The translations under genes were made by a program, and so were the position numbers. From contig OZ244065.1 in NCBI GenBank assembly GCA_965215505.1, forward strand, positions 832,001 through 896,000: a stretch of DNA of 64,000 nucleotides, written 5' to 3'. Below are positions 36,001-45,808 of the stretch, one piece after another; the stretch's first letter is position 1; every line of letters starts with the position of its first letter. This DNA is from Capsulimonadaceae bacterium (lineage in GTDB: Bacteria > Armatimonadota > Armatimonadia > Armatimonadales > Capsulimonadaceae). The notes beneath the pieces were generated by a model. That model saw only the letters and a program-made list of their open reading frames with translations, searched no databases and was not told the DNA's origin.

Positions 36001-36498
36001 CTACTCCGCGTCCCCGTCCGGCCCATGAAGATCGCCCACTGTAGCCTGCGTCACGCGGACGAGGTCGGCAGGCGCGAGGAGTATCTGCGTCCCCCGAACG
36101 CCCGCGCTGATGCTGATCTCTTCATGCTTCAGGGCGGGCCGGTCGAGGTAGACCGGCAGGCGCTTCCTGGTGCCGAGCGGCGAAACGCCCCCGCGCACAT
36201 AGCCGGTGATGGGCTGGACCTCTTTCAGCGGTAGCAGGTCACAGCTCTTGTTCCCCGAAACGGCCGCCAGCGCCTTCAGGTCGAGGCCCGTCCCCGCCGC
36301 GACCAGTGCGAGCAGGACGCCGGACTTGTCGCCGCGCACGGCTAATGTCTTGAAGACCTGGGCATCGGGCAGGCCGATCTTGCGGGCGACCGTCTCGGCG
36401 GACAGGTCGGCCTCGTCAACCTCGTAGTGCGCGAGCCGGTAGGCGACATGGGCCTCGTCCAGCAGGCGCACGGCGTTGGTCTTAGCGGCGGCCTTCAT
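36001..36498 (-). CDS. ybaK: Cys-tRNA(Pro) deacylase
   Basis: KTNAVRLL, QVFKTL, TGYVRGGVSPLG and SAGVRG motifs. Confidence 0.92.
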   Translation of the reverse strand: MKAAAKTNAVRLLDEAHVAYRLAHYEVDEADLSAETVARKIGLPDAQVFKTLAVRGDKSGVLLALVAAGTGLDLKALAAVSGNKSCDLLPLKEVQPITGYVRGGVSPLGTRKRLPVYLDRPALKHEEISISAGVRGTQILLAPADLVRVTQATVGDLHGPDGDAE

Positions 36499-37934
36499 GC
36501 CGTCGACGGCATGAACAGCCGCCGGTACAGGTTCGTCTGGAGCAGGTTCTCCGGGTCGCACTCGTGCTTCAAGGCCAGGAACTTGGCGACGCGCTCCTCG
36601 CCCAAGGCTTCCGCCAGCGACGAGCGGTGCAGGGCGCTGTCTTTGGCGAAGTAGAAGCGGCCCCCGGCGTCCAGCACAAGCCGGTCCATCTCGGCGGCGA
36701 GGCTCATCAAAGCGCCCTGCCGCGCGGGCACGACGGCGAAGTCGAGGGCGAACGAGTAGCCGTCTACGGCGTGGGTCATCAGGAAGTCGTCCGGACGGTG
36801 CCGCTTGAAGACGCCGAGGTAGGGGACGACGCCGTAAGCCTGGGCAAGCTTGATCTGGGCCGAGAAAACGGCCTGGGCCTTCTCCTTGGGGACGAAGCTC
36901 TGGTACTGGATCAGGCCGCCCGGTTTGTAGGCGTGTTTCCAGTTCGGCACATAGTCCAGCAGGAACGCGAAGCCCGCGTGGGACTGCGTATGCACCTTCC
37001 CGTCGCCGAGTTTGGCCGCACTGAGGGACTTGGCGAGGTTGATGGCGCGCATCCCCGGATCGTTGACGAACGGCTTCATGAAGCGCCACATGAGGGACTT
37101 GGGAACGACGCCGAACAGGCTGTCGGGCAATTCCTGGTTCTCGACGCGCAAAGTCTGGGCGGGGGCGGGGTCCTCGCCCGGCGCGAGGTAGTTGGCCTGA
37201 TGGACCTGGCCGCGCCCCAATGCATCCCCCGTGGCGAAGCAGTCTATCCATCCCACCAGATAGTCGGACTTCGTCAGGCGCTCCTCGAAGACGCGGAACA
37301 GGTCGCCAAAGCTGCGGTGCGCGATGGGCGTCACGTTCAGCAGGCCCGAGTAAACCTTCTTGAGCTGCAAGTCGAGCCGCGTGATGACGCCGAGCATCCC
37401 GAAGCCGCCGATGGCGGCGTGGAACAGGTCGGCGTTCTCGGAGCGGGAACACACCTTCGTCTCGCCCGCCGGGGTCATGATCTCGAACTCCTGGATCCAG
37501 TCCCCGATCGGGCCGGCCTTCCAGTTATTCTTGCCGTGGATGTTCATCGCCGCCGCGCCGCCCAATGTCGGGAACATCGTCCCGGACACGACATTAGGCC
37601 ACCAGCCGTCCTCGATGGTGTACTGCCAGAGCTGCTGGATGGTGACGCCCGGCTCGACTCGGATGAGTCCCGTCTGCGGGTCCCAGGCCAGTATCCGCTT
37701 CATGCGGGTCAGGTCCAGGCTGATGCCCTCGGCGTTCAGCGAGGCGTCGCCGTAGGAGCGGCCCGCGCCGCGCAGGCCGACCGAGCGACCCGAGCGCCGG
37801 GCCTGGTCGAAGACGGCGCAGACGCCGTCGGTCGTGCTGGGCCGGTAGACGTAGCTCAGGGAGGCGGAGGACATCCCCCACCCTTCCAGGCGCTCCAGGT
37901 GGTCGGCGGGCAAGGTTGTCTGCGGCTGAGGCAT
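36495..37934 (-). CDS. FAD-binding oxidoreductase, DprE1-like
   Basis: RGAGRSYGDAS, GTMFPTLGG...NIHGKN, LGVFK, GYSFALDF and GGRFYFAKDS motifs. Confidence 0.85.
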   Translation of the reverse strand: MPQPQTTLPADHLERLEGWGMSSASLSYVYRPSTTDGVCAVFDQARRSGRSVGLRGAGRSYGDASLNAEGISLDLTRMKRILAWDPQTGLIRVEPGVTIQQLWQYTIEDGWWPNVVSGTMFPTLGGAAAMNIHGKNNWKAGPIGDWIQEFEIMTPAGETKVCSRSENADLFHAAIGGFGMLGVITRLDLQLKKVYSGLLNVTPIAHRSFGDLFRVFEERLTKSDYLVGWIDCFATGDALGRGQVHQANYLAPGEDPAPAQTLRVENQELPDSLFGVVPKSLMWRFMKPFVNDPGMRAINLAKSLSAAKLGDGKVHTQSHAGFAFLLDYVPNWKHAYKPGGLIQYQSFVPKEKAQAVFSAQIKLAQAYGVVPYLGVFKRHRPDDFLMTHAVDGYSFALDFAVVPARQGALMSLAAEMDRLVLDAGGRFYFAKDSALHRSSLAEALGEERVAKFLALKHECDPENLLQTNLYRRLFMPSTA

Positions 37935-37965
37935 TGGCTTACTGCGGCTGTCTAATCATGTCTGT

Positions 37966-38703
37966 CTAGATGTTCAGGTGCTTGAAGATCGGGGCGGGGA
38001 TGGCGCGGATGACGGCCATGATCGGCTTCCACTTCGCGGGGACATAGGCCACGCGGACCCTGTCTTTGGCGGCCAGCAATATCTCGGCGGCGGCCTGCTC
38101 GGCGGAGATCATGCCGGGCATCTTCAGGCCCTCGGTCATCGGCGTATCCACCGGGCCGGGCTTGATGGTCACGACGAACGCGCCGCGCCGCTCGATGCGG
38201 TTGCGGAGCGACTCCAGGTACGCATTCAGGGCGGCTTTTGAAGCACCGTAGACGGGGTTCCCGCGCCGCCCCCGGTCACCGGCCACGCTGGAAATGCCGA
38301 CGATGGTGCCCGCCTTGGCCTTCTCGAATCGCCGCGCCGCCTCGTTTAGCCAGGCGACCGCGCCGGTGAAGTTGGCGGCGATGGTCTGCGCGTCCTTCCC
38401 CGTAGCATACTCCTCCGGGCCGACGGCGGGCATGACGCCTGCCGCGTAGATAATCAGATCCAGCCCACCCAGGTCGCGCGTGATGGTTTCAAACAGGGCC
38501 GGGACGGCCTCGGTGTCTGTGACATCGTGGGCATAGACCAAAGCCCCGGCGTCGGCACCGAGCGCCTGCGCCAGCGCGCGCAGGCGCTCTTCACGCCGGG
38601 CGACCAGGGCGACTCGGCAGCCGTCGGCGGCCAGGGCGCGGGCCAGGGCCTCGCCGATGCCCGACGAGGCCCCGACGACGATCGCACGCTTCCAGTGTGG
38701 CAT
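37966..38703 (-). CDS. SDR oxidoreductase, DprE2-like
   Basis: GASSGIG and SSVAGDRGRRGNPVYGASK; adjacent to the DprE1-like gene. Confidence 0.85.
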   Translation of the reverse strand: MPHWKRAIVVGASSGIGEALARALAADGCRVALVARREERLRALAQALGADAGALVYAHDVTDTEAVPALFETITRDLGGLDLIIYAAGVMPAVGPEEYATGKDAQTIAANFTGAVAWLNEAARRFEKAKAGTIVGISSVAGDRGRRGNPVYGASKAALNAYLESLRNRIERRGAFVVTIKPGPVDTPMTEGLKMPGMISAEQAAAEILLAAKDRVRVAYVPAKWKPIMAVIRAIPAPIFKHLNI

Positions 38704-38705
38704 GG

Positions 38706-39455
38706 CTAGCTCTTCTTGGCCACCCAGAGGACGGCGTTATGCAGGACGCGGCGGACGTTCGGGTCGAAGTAGGTGGGGTACGTCTCGTGGCCGGGCCGGA
38801 AGTAGAAGACCCGCCCCACCCCGTAGCCCTGCCCCTTGCCGCCGCCCGGCCCGCTCGTGAAGGCGGGGTCAATGCCCGCGCCGACCGTCGCCGTGAAGGA
38901 GGGGAAGTATTCACCGCCGAGCGGGAAGTAGGACTGGAAAACGACCGTCTGCGGCGGCGGCACGTCGAACGGCGAGCCGTACATCTCCTCGGCGGGCAGG
39001 GAGAAGTCCTCGACCCCCTGGGCGATCGGGTGCTTCGGGGCGCAGACGGTGATCTCCTCGGTGTCGGCGGGGTTTTCGGCCTCGCGCCAGCCGCCCTTGA
39101 GGTGCCCGGTGCAGCCCAGGATGCCCCGGAAGGTCTTGGAATAGTGGGCGGAATGCAGGGCGATAAAGCCCAGGCCGCCCTGCGCGGCTTTAATGACCTT
39201 GGCCGCCGTCTCGTCCGTGACCTCGCCGTGTCGGGCATGGCCCCACCAGATGATGGCGTCAATGCCGGACAAGGCTTCCTCGGTGATGCCCTGGTCCGGG
39301 TCATCGAGGTTCGCGGTCGTGGCGACGATGCTGCCGCCGCCCATCTCGTTCAGTCCGTCGGCGATGGCACCGTTCAGGCTCTTCGGATAGATCTCTTTGG
39401 GGGCATGGCGGGGCGCTTCGTCCCAGACCAGCACGCGCACGGGGTTGTCGGGCAT
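38706..39455 (-). CDS. ThuA-like (trehalose utilisation) protein
   Basis: WWGHARH, LHSAHYSK, EEMYG and FYFRPGHETYP motifs. Confidence 0.88.
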   Translation of the reverse strand: MPDNPVRVLVWDEAPRHAPKEIYPKSLNGAIADGLNEMGGGSIVATTANLDDPDQGITEEALSGIDAIIWWGHARHGEVTDETAAKVIKAAQGGLGFIALHSAHYSKTFRGILGCTGHLKGGWREAENPADTEEITVCAPKHPIAQGVEDFSLPAEEMYGSPFDVPPPQTVVFQSYFPLGGEYFPSFTATVGAGIDPAFTSGPGGGKGQGYGVGRVFYFRPGHETYPTYFDPNVRRVLHNAVLWVAKKS

Positions 39456-39466
39456 TTCTTGTCTCC

Positions 39467-40876
39467 TTATTCGCCGCCGGCACCGACGCCGGGTTCGGTC
39501 ATCTTGCGGGCATCCAGCAGGTCATCAAGCTGCTCGGCGGGCAGGATCTGCTCGGACACGCAGAGGTCGCGGACGGTCCGGCCCTCGTCCACGGCCCGCT
39601 TGGCGAGCTTGGCCGCGTTGTCGTAGCCGATGACCGGGGCGAGACTGGTCACCATGCTCATGGACCACTCCACCAGACTCTCCGCCCGCTGCGTGTTCGC
39701 CGTCAGCCCGGCGACGGCCTTGTCGGTGAAGACCGTGACCGAGTTCGCCAGGAAGGTGAGGCTCTCCAGCACGTTCCGCGCGATCACGGGGAGCATGACG
39801 TTCAGGTCAAGGTTCCCATGCGTGTTGGCGACGGTCACGGTGACGGCGTTGCCGATGACCTGGGAACAGACCATCATGAGCTGTTCGCACATGACCGGGT
39901 TGACCTTGCCGGGCATGATGGAGGAGCCGGGCTGGACGGCGGGCAGCGAGATCTCGCCCAGGCCGCAGCGCGGGCCGGAGGAGAGCCAGCGCACGTCGTT
40001 GGCGACTTTCAGCAGCGAAGCCGCCACCGTAGACAACTGGTTCGCAAGCTCTACGGAGGCGTCCTGGCTGCCCTGCGCCTCGAAGTGGTTCTCGGCCTCA
40101 ACGAAGGGCAGGCCGAAGCGTTCGGCGAGCTTCGCCGAAACGGCGGCCCCGAAACCTTCCGGCGAGTTAATCCCCGTCCCGACCGCCGTCCCGCCGATGG
40201 CGAGTTCCATCAGGCGCGGCTTGACGCCCTCCAAGCGGGCGATACTCAGTTCCACCTGCCGCGCCCAGCCGGAAGCCTCCTGGCCGAGACGGATGGGAGT
40301 CGCGTCCATCAGGTGAGTCCGGCCGATCTTGACGATCTCGTCCCACTCGCCCGCCTTGTCGGCCAGGGCGGAATGCAGGGCGCGGAGGGCGGGCAGTAGC
40401 CGACCCTCCAGTTCGGTCGCCGCCGCGATGTGGATGGCGGAGGGGATGACATCATTGGAGGACTGGCTCTTGTTCACATGGTCGTTGGGGTGGACCGGGG
40501 ACTTGGAGCCGATCACGCCGCCCATCAGCTCGATGGCGCGGTTAGAGATCACCTCGTTCGTGTTCATGTTCGTTGACGTCCCGGACCCGGTCTGGTAGAT
40601 GTCCAGGACGAACTGCGCGTCCAAAGCGCCCGCGATCACCTCATCGGCGGCCTGGTAGATGCCTTCGGCGGTGACCGTGTCGAGCAGGCCCATCTCGACG
40701 TTCACCTCGGCCGCCGCCCGTTTGACCGCCCCCATCGCCTGGATGAAGGGCCGGGGGAAGCGGACGCCGGAGACGGGGAAATTGGCGACCGCACGGGCGG
40801 TCTGCGCGCCGTAGTAGGCGTCGGAGGGGACCTGGAACTCGCCCATCGAGTCCTTTTCGGTGCGTGTGTTTGTCAT
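39467..40876 (-). CDS. fumC: Class II fumarate hydratase
   Basis: QTGSGT, HPNDHVN, GRTHLMDATP and GSSIMPGKVNP motifs. Confidence 0.93.
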   Translation of the reverse strand: MTNTRTEKDSMGEFQVPSDAYYGAQTARAVANFPVSGVRFPRPFIQAMGAVKRAAAEVNVEMGLLDTVTAEGIYQAADEVIAGALDAQFVLDIYQTGSGTSTNMNTNEVISNRAIELMGGVIGSKSPVHPNDHVNKSQSSNDVIPSAIHIAAATELEGRLLPALRALHSALADKAGEWDEIVKIGRTHLMDATPIRLGQEASGWARQVELSIARLEGVKPRLMELAIGGTAVGTGINSPEGFGAAVSAKLAERFGLPFVEAENHFEAQGSQDASVELANQLSTVAASLLKVANDVRWLSSGPRCGLGEISLPAVQPGSSIMPGKVNPVMCEQLMMVCSQVIGNAVTVTVANTHGNLDLNVMLPVIARNVLESLTFLANSVTVFTDKAVAGLTANTQRAESLVEWSMSMVTSLAPVIGYDNAAKLAKRAVDEGRTVRDLCVSEQILPAEQLDDLLDARKMTEPGVGAGGE

Positions 40877-40888
40877 ACTGTTGTCGAA

Positions 40889-41551
40889 TTACCTGTGCGT
40901 GTCGCTGGAAAGATGGTAGGAGAGGACGGCGAGTTCCTGTAAGAAAGAGACGTTGCGGACGACCACCCGCGCCGGCACCCTTAAAATGATCGGGGCGAAG
41001 TTCAGGATCACGCGCACGCCCGCGAGGATGGCGTCGTCCGCGACATGCTGGGCCACCGAGGCGGGGACACAGATGATCGCGATGCGCGCGTTTATCTCGG
41101 CATTGGTCTGCCTGAGCCGCGCCCCATCCTGGATGACCAGATCGCCCTGCGGCCTCCCCACCTTGCCGGGATCGTTGTCAAAGGCGGCGGCGATGTGGAA
41201 CTTGTGTTCGCGCAGGCCGGGGTATCCAATCAGGGCGCTGCCAAGGTTGCCCGCGCCGATGACGATGATCGGCTGCATCTGGTCTATCTTGAGGATGCGC
41301 GCGATGCGCGTCTGAAGCTCAACGACGTTGTACCCGACGCCGGGCTTGCCGAACTCGCCGAAGTAGGAGAGGTCCTTGCGGAACTGGGCGGCGTTGATCC
41401 CGGTCTGTTTCTCCACGTCGGTGGAAGAGATCGTTTCGACTTGTGACGCCTCAAGGTCAATCAAATAGCGGAGGTAGGTGGCGAGCCGTTCCAGGGTTGG
41501 AATCGGGACCTTCGGGCTGCTGTTCACGGGGAGTTTCTCTTGCCATTCCAC
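40889..41551 (-). CDS. rex: Redox-sensing transcriptional repressor Rex
   Basis: RLATYLR, FRKDLSYFGEFG..GVGY, GAGNLG and ILNFAP motifs. Confidence 0.95.
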   Translation of the reverse strand: MEWQEKLPVNSSPKVPIPTLERLATYLRYLIDLEASQVETISSTDVEKQTGINAAQFRKDLSYFGEFGKPGVGYNVVELQTRIARILKIDQMQPIIVIGAGNLGSALIGYPGLREHKFHIAAAFDNDPGKVGRPQGDLVIQDGARLRQTNAEINARIAIICVPASVAQHVADDAILAGVRVILNFAPIILRVPARVVVRNVSFLQELAVLSYHLSSDTHR

Positions 41552-41603
41552 CGCCTGCCGTCATCGCCCAGGCTGTTCGGTCCGTCTCTTCAGTCTCTTC
41601 TGC

Positions 41604-41652
41604 TTGTGAAATCTATCACAGGTATTATACTGCCGCCGGGGAGCGGCGTCAA
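41604..41652 (-). promoter_or_regulatory. rex promoter with overlapping Rex operator
   Basis: TTGACG-17 nt-TATAAT (41652-41624); TTGTGAAATCTATCACAG at 41604-41621 against the consensus TTGTGAAnnnnTTCACAA. Confidence 0.8.
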
Positions 41653-41663
41653 GCCCCTGCCCA

Positions 41664-42716
41664 TCAGTCAGCCAGACCCTGCGGCGACCACCAGGGGTCG
41701 GTGAAGAGGGCGGCGACCTGGTCGTCGTCCGCCGGGGCCGTCCCGGCGGCGGGCAGCGCGCTCTGGGCCAGGTCGCCGACGAAGACCAACGTGCCGCCGC
41801 CGGTCGCGGGCGCGGTCGTCAGGGCACGGAGCGTGAAGGCCGTGGCGGAGGGGCTAGCGGCGGCCCCGGCCTGGGCCGCCCGCAGCGCGCCCCGCAGCAC
41901 CGACGGGCGGGTCAGGCCGCTGCCCGGCGGCAGGCTGATGGCGATGGTCATGCGGGCCGCGCGTGGGTCGAACTGGACATCGGCCACGGTGACGCCCGCC
42001 GCGCTCAGGTCACGGGAGCCACGCAGGGTGCCGAGGACCGCCTGCTCCGCCGCGTCCCGCAAGGCGCCGTCGGCCCCGGCAGGGTCGGCCAGCGCACGAA
42101 CCGGGGCGACCTCGACGGGGGCGGCCTGGACCTCCGGCGTCGTTCCGAAGCCTAAAGAGGCGAGCGCGGCCCGGCGGTGGACGGAGGCATAGGCGAACGC
42201 GATGACCAGGCACACGAGCAGGGCCGCCGCCAGCGCGCCCGCGCGCAGGGCGGCTTCGGGGTCCCGTGTCAGCCGCCCCCAAAGGCGGGCGGAAACCGCC
42301 GGTCCGGCGGCACGCTCGCCGCCCGGCACGGCCTCCACGGCGCGCTCCCGGTCGGCACGCCCGCCCGGCGTCTGCCGCTGGAGCAGGCGGTCCAGCTTCA
42401 GCCGGTCGGCGGGGCCGTCGGGGCTGGCGTCCAGCGCCATCCGATACCACTGGATCGCGTCGTCGAAGCGGCCCTGGTTCTCGTAGATGTCTCCGAGCAG
42501 GCTCTGGGCGGCGGAGCTGTCCGGGGCGAGGCGCAGGGCGGCCATGCACTGGCCCACCGCCTCCTCCCAGCGGCCCCGCATCCTCAGCAGGTTCGCCTGG
42601 GCCAGCAGGGCGTAGACCTCGCGCGGCAAGCCCCCCTCCTCGCGGGCGGGCAAGGCCGGGCCACTCCCAGTCGGCCTGTCACTCCTCCTGACGATGTCCG
42701 GTCGATCCGAAGCCAT
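41664..42716 (-). CDS. TPR-containing membrane protein
   Basis: [33 protein letters not shown], then one TM helix. Confidence 0.75.
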   Translation of the reverse strand: MASDRPDIVRRSDRPTGSGPALPAREEGGLPREVYALLAQANLLRMRGRWEEAVGQCMAALRLAPDSSAAQSLLGDIYENQGRFDDAIQWYRMALDASPDGPADRLKLDRLLQRQTPGGRADRERAVEAVPGGERAAGPAVSARLWGRLTRDPEAALRAGALAAALLVCLVIAFAYASVHRRAALASLGFGTTPEVQAAPVEVAPVRALADPAGADGALRDAAEQAVLGTLRGSRDLSAAGVTVADVQFDPRAARMTIAISLPPGSGLTRPSVLRGALRAAQAGAAASPSATAFTLRALTTAPATGGGTLVFVGDLAQSALPAAGTAPADDDQVAALFTDPWWSPQGLAD

Positions 42717-43146
42717 TCTCACCTCTCGGCGTCGGCGGCAGGGTGCCGGACGCCGTTTCTTCCCATTCGACGCGCAGGACGGGCGCGACCACGAGCTGGG
42801 CGATGCGGTCCCCGCGCCCGATGCGGACCGGCTCCCGGCCCAGATTGATCAGCAGGACGCCGACCTCGCCCCGGTAATCGGAGTCAATGGTCCCCGGAGC
42901 GTTGACCATTCCAAGGCCGTGCCGGAGGGCCAGGCCGCTGCGCGGGCGCACCTGCGCCTCGCAGCCCCCCGGCAAAGCGATGCGGATGCCGGTCGGGATG
43001 AGGACGCGCTCGCCCGGTGCCAGGTGCAGATCCTCCGTGACGGCGGCGTGGAGGTCCATCCCCGCCGATCCGGCCGTCGCGTAGCGCGGCAGCGGCAGGT
43101 CTTCGGCCCCTGCATCGCGCACGATGGAGACGCGCACCGCGCTCAT
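42679..43146 (-). CDS. dut: dUTP diphosphatase
   Basis: [25 protein letters not shown] and [10 protein letters not shown] motifs. Confidence 0.95.
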   Translation of the reverse strand: MSAVRVSIVRDAGAEDLPLPRYATAGSAGMDLHAAVTEDLHLAPGERVLIPTGIRIALPGGCEAQVRPRSGLALRHGLGMVNAPGTIDSDYRGEVGVLLINLGREPVRIGRGDRIAQLVVAPVLRVEWEETASGTLPPTPRGENGFGSTGHRQEE

Positions 43147-44927
43147 GAGGACGCCCGACGCACCGGCAGGACCACGAGGAAGGTCGTCCCCTTCCCCGGC
43201 TCACTCTCTTCCACAGACACCTTCCCCCCGTGCGCCTCGGCGAGCGCTTTGACCAGGGCCAGGCCGATGCCGGTCCCGCCGACCTCCCGGTTGTCGCGGT
43301 TATCCACCCGGTAAAATCGCTCGAAGACTTTGTGCTGATGCTCGCGCGAGATGCCCATGCCCTCATCGGAAACGCGCAGCGCGACCGAATGGACCGGGTC
43401 GCCCAGGACACGCCCGGAGACGCGCACGCTCCCGCCTTGCAGCGAGTATTTTATGGCGTTGTTGACCAGGTTGGTCAGGATCTGGTCCAGCTTGTCCGGG
43501 TCGGCCTCGACGAGCGGGAAATCCGGGGGGAAGTCCAGAAGTAGAGCGTGTTCCTTGGCATAGGAACGCTGGGCGGCGATGACCTTCTCCGCCAGGGCGG
43601 TCACGTCCACCGGCTTCCAGTTCATCTGCATCGCGCTCCCCTGCTCGATGCGCGAGATGTCCAGCAGGTCCTCGATCAGCCGCTTCAGCCGGTCGCACTC
43701 CGAGTTGATGATGCCGTAGAACTCGCGCCGGGTCGGCTCATCGTAGTAGCCTTCCTCGTCCGTCAGCAGGGTGGAGATGAAGCCCTTGATGCTGGTCAGC
43801 GGGGTCCGCAGCTCGTGCGAGACGGTGGAGATGAAGGCGGTCTTCATCTGCTCGACGCCGCGTATTTCGGTGATGTCGTTGAAGATCGCCACGATCCCCG
43901 CCGGTGCCCCGTCGTCGTCCCGCACCGTCGCGCATTGCACCTGGTAGATGCGCTCCTGGAACTGGTCCTCCGGGGCGGCATCGGGGACGGGGAAGGCGAC
44001 CTCGTCGGCCACCTCGGCGTGGCCGGAGGAGAGCGCGCGGGCCAGGATGGCGCGGACGCGCGGGTCCGTGATGGCCCGGTCGTAAGGGACGTCGATCAGC
44101 GGCAGGGAGGGCGCGATGCCCAAGATGGCGCGCGCCGACGGGTTGATCTGGAGCAGACGGCCGTTGTTTCCGACCATGAGCAGGCCCGCATATAAGCTGT
44201 CAATGGTGTGGAGCAGCTCCTGCTTTTCCTGCACGACCTCGCGGTACATCTGGGCGGAGGCGATGACGGCCGCGCCCTGCTTGGCGAGCTGTTCCAGTAG
44301 CCGGACGTCCTCCTCCGCGAAGACGCCGCCATATTTCTTGTTGAAGACGTGCAAGACGCCGACCGTGGTCCGGTCCACGACACGGTTGTCCTCATCGCGC
44401 TTCTCCACGATGAGCGGGACGGAAACGGCATTGCGGATGCCCAGCCGTGCCAGTCCCTCCGCCGCCGCGCGCGGGTCGAGCGCGGCATCGTAGGTGATCA
44501 GGGAGGAGTTGGCCCGGAAGACCTCGTTGGAGACTCCCTCCTCGGCCACGCCCCGCTCCATGGCCGTCAGCTCCTCGCGCGTCAGTCCCACGGCGGGGTG
44601 GGTGGCGTACAGGGTCGCGGCGCTGGTATCATGGAGCATGAACACGCACTTCTGGGCCTGGAGGATCTTGGCGATCTTGTCCACCAGCCGCTTGAGGATG
44701 TTTTCGAATTCGCCCGGCGCGGGCAGGGGCAGGGCGGAAGGAGTCAGGGGGGGGCCGGGCGGCTGAAGCGGGCCTTTCGTCTGGACCTCGTGGATGCGCT
44801 GCTCTAGGTCCAGGTTGGCCTTCTCCAGCCGCTCGATGTACAGCCGGCGGTCCTCATATACGGACGGCAGCGGGTCGTTCCCGCCGTTGTCTGCGGGGCC
44901 GGGCGGAGGGGGCGTGTTCTGCGACAT
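43143..44927 (-). CDS. Cytoplasmic GAF-PAS sensor histidine kinase
   Basis: [31 protein letters not shown] and GTGIGL motifs; own TTGACG-17-TATAAT promoter near 44950-44980. Confidence 0.92.
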   Translation of the reverse strand: MSQNTPPPPGPADNGGNDPLPSVYEDRRLYIERLEKANLDLEQRIHEVQTKGPLQPPGPPLTPSALPLPAPGEFENILKRLVDKIAKILQAQKCVFMLHDTSAATLYATHPAVGLTREELTAMERGVAEEGVSNEVFRANSSLITYDAALDPRAAAEGLARLGIRNAVSVPLIVEKRDEDNRVVDRTTVGVLHVFNKKYGGVFAEEDVRLLEQLAKQGAAVIASAQMYREVVQEKQELLHTIDSLYAGLLMVGNNGRLLQINPSARAILGIAPSLPLIDVPYDRAITDPRVRAILARALSSGHAEVADEVAFPVPDAAPEDQFQERIYQVQCATVRDDDGAPAGIVAIFNDITEIRGVEQMKTAFISTVSHELRTPLTSIKGFISTLLTDEEGYYDEPTRREFYGIINSECDRLKRLIEDLLDISRIEQGSAMQMNWKPVDVTALAEKVIAAQRSYAKEHALLLDFPPDFPLVEADPDKLDQILTNLVNNAIKYSLQGGSVRVSGRVLGDPVHSVALRVSDEGMGISREHQHKVFERFYRVDNRDNREVGGTGIGLALVKALAEAHGGKVSVEESEPGKGTTFLVVLPVRRASS

Positions 44928-44998
44928 CGTGAGCGGCGTACCTCAAGGCATTATAGCACACCGTTCGGAAGCGCGTCAATCGCGCCCATGCAGGCACG

Positions 44999-45712
44999 TC
45001 ACGGCATGAGGAGCCGGCCGCAGTTCTCGCAGGTCTGCATCTGCGTCCCCTCCTTGACGGCCTTGATCGAGGTGGAGGACAGCGTCATGCGGCACCCGCC
45101 GCAGGAGTTGCCTTCGACGCGGGCGATGCCGATGCCGCCCTGTTTCGCCCGGAGGGCGTCATAGCGCTTCAGGGCGGCCTTGTCCTCGACGGCAGGCTCC
45201 GCCGCCAGCCGCTGCCGGGCGAGGTCGGCAAGCTCCAGCTCCAGCGCCTCGTGGCGGGACCGGAAGGCGGCGACCACCTCGGCCCGGTGTCCGTCCGCCT
45301 GCCGCGCCCGCTCGTCGGCAACGGTCAGGGCGGCCTGCGCCTGCTCGGCCCCGTCCATTAGCTCCAGGACTCGCCCGTCCAGGTCCGACTGCTGCCGCCC
45401 CAGCGCCTCGATCTCCTTCTCGATGTTCGCCAGCTCCTTCGGGTTGGTGACGGTGCCCTGGTAGAGTTTCCCCTGGTAATTCTTGCGCTTGGTCTCGACC
45501 GCCGCTAGTTTCAGCTCGCTGTCCTTCAGCTCGCCCGCCATCTTCTGCCACTCGCCGCGCCGCGCCTGCGCCTCGGCGTGAGCGGCGGCGGCGGCGGCGG
45601 CGGCAGCGGTGCCGTTGTCAAGGGCGGCCTGCACCCTTTTCGCCCTCTGGATCTGAGTATCTACGAGCTGCAAGGCGTATAGCGCGTTCAGCGTTTCGGG
45701 AACGGTTGGCAT
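44999..45712 (-). CDS. Coiled-coil protein with C4 zinc ribbon (DUF164/CT398-like)
   Basis: LYALQLVD, long coiled coil, CGGC...CENCGRLL. Confidence 0.88.
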   Translation of the reverse strand: MPTVPETLNALYALQLVDTQIQRAKRVQAALDNGTAAAAAAAAAHAEAQARRGEWQKMAGELKDSELKLAAVETKRKNYQGKLYQGTVTNPKELANIEKEIEALGRQQSDLDGRVLELMDGAEQAQAALTVADERARQADGHRAEVVAAFRSRHEALELELADLARQRLAAEPAVEDKAALKRYDALRAKQGGIGIARVEGNSCGGCRMTLSSTSIKAVKEGTQMQTCENCGRLLMP

Positions 45713-45808
45713 GGGAAAGGACTCCTCACGGGGACGCATCGCGATGACGGGGTGACGCCTGATTCTAGCAGAAACGGGCGGCCCTGTCAAATCAGGTACA
45801 ATAAAGGC

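Noticed and set aside
36499-37452. Long N-terminal extension of YbaK in the ORF track
   Set aside because: It overlaps the DprE1-like gene in another frame; the true start is ATG 36498.
39467-40876. Aspartate ammonia-lyase instead of fumarase
   Set aside because: GRTHLMDATP and QSSND fit FumC better, although the families are close.
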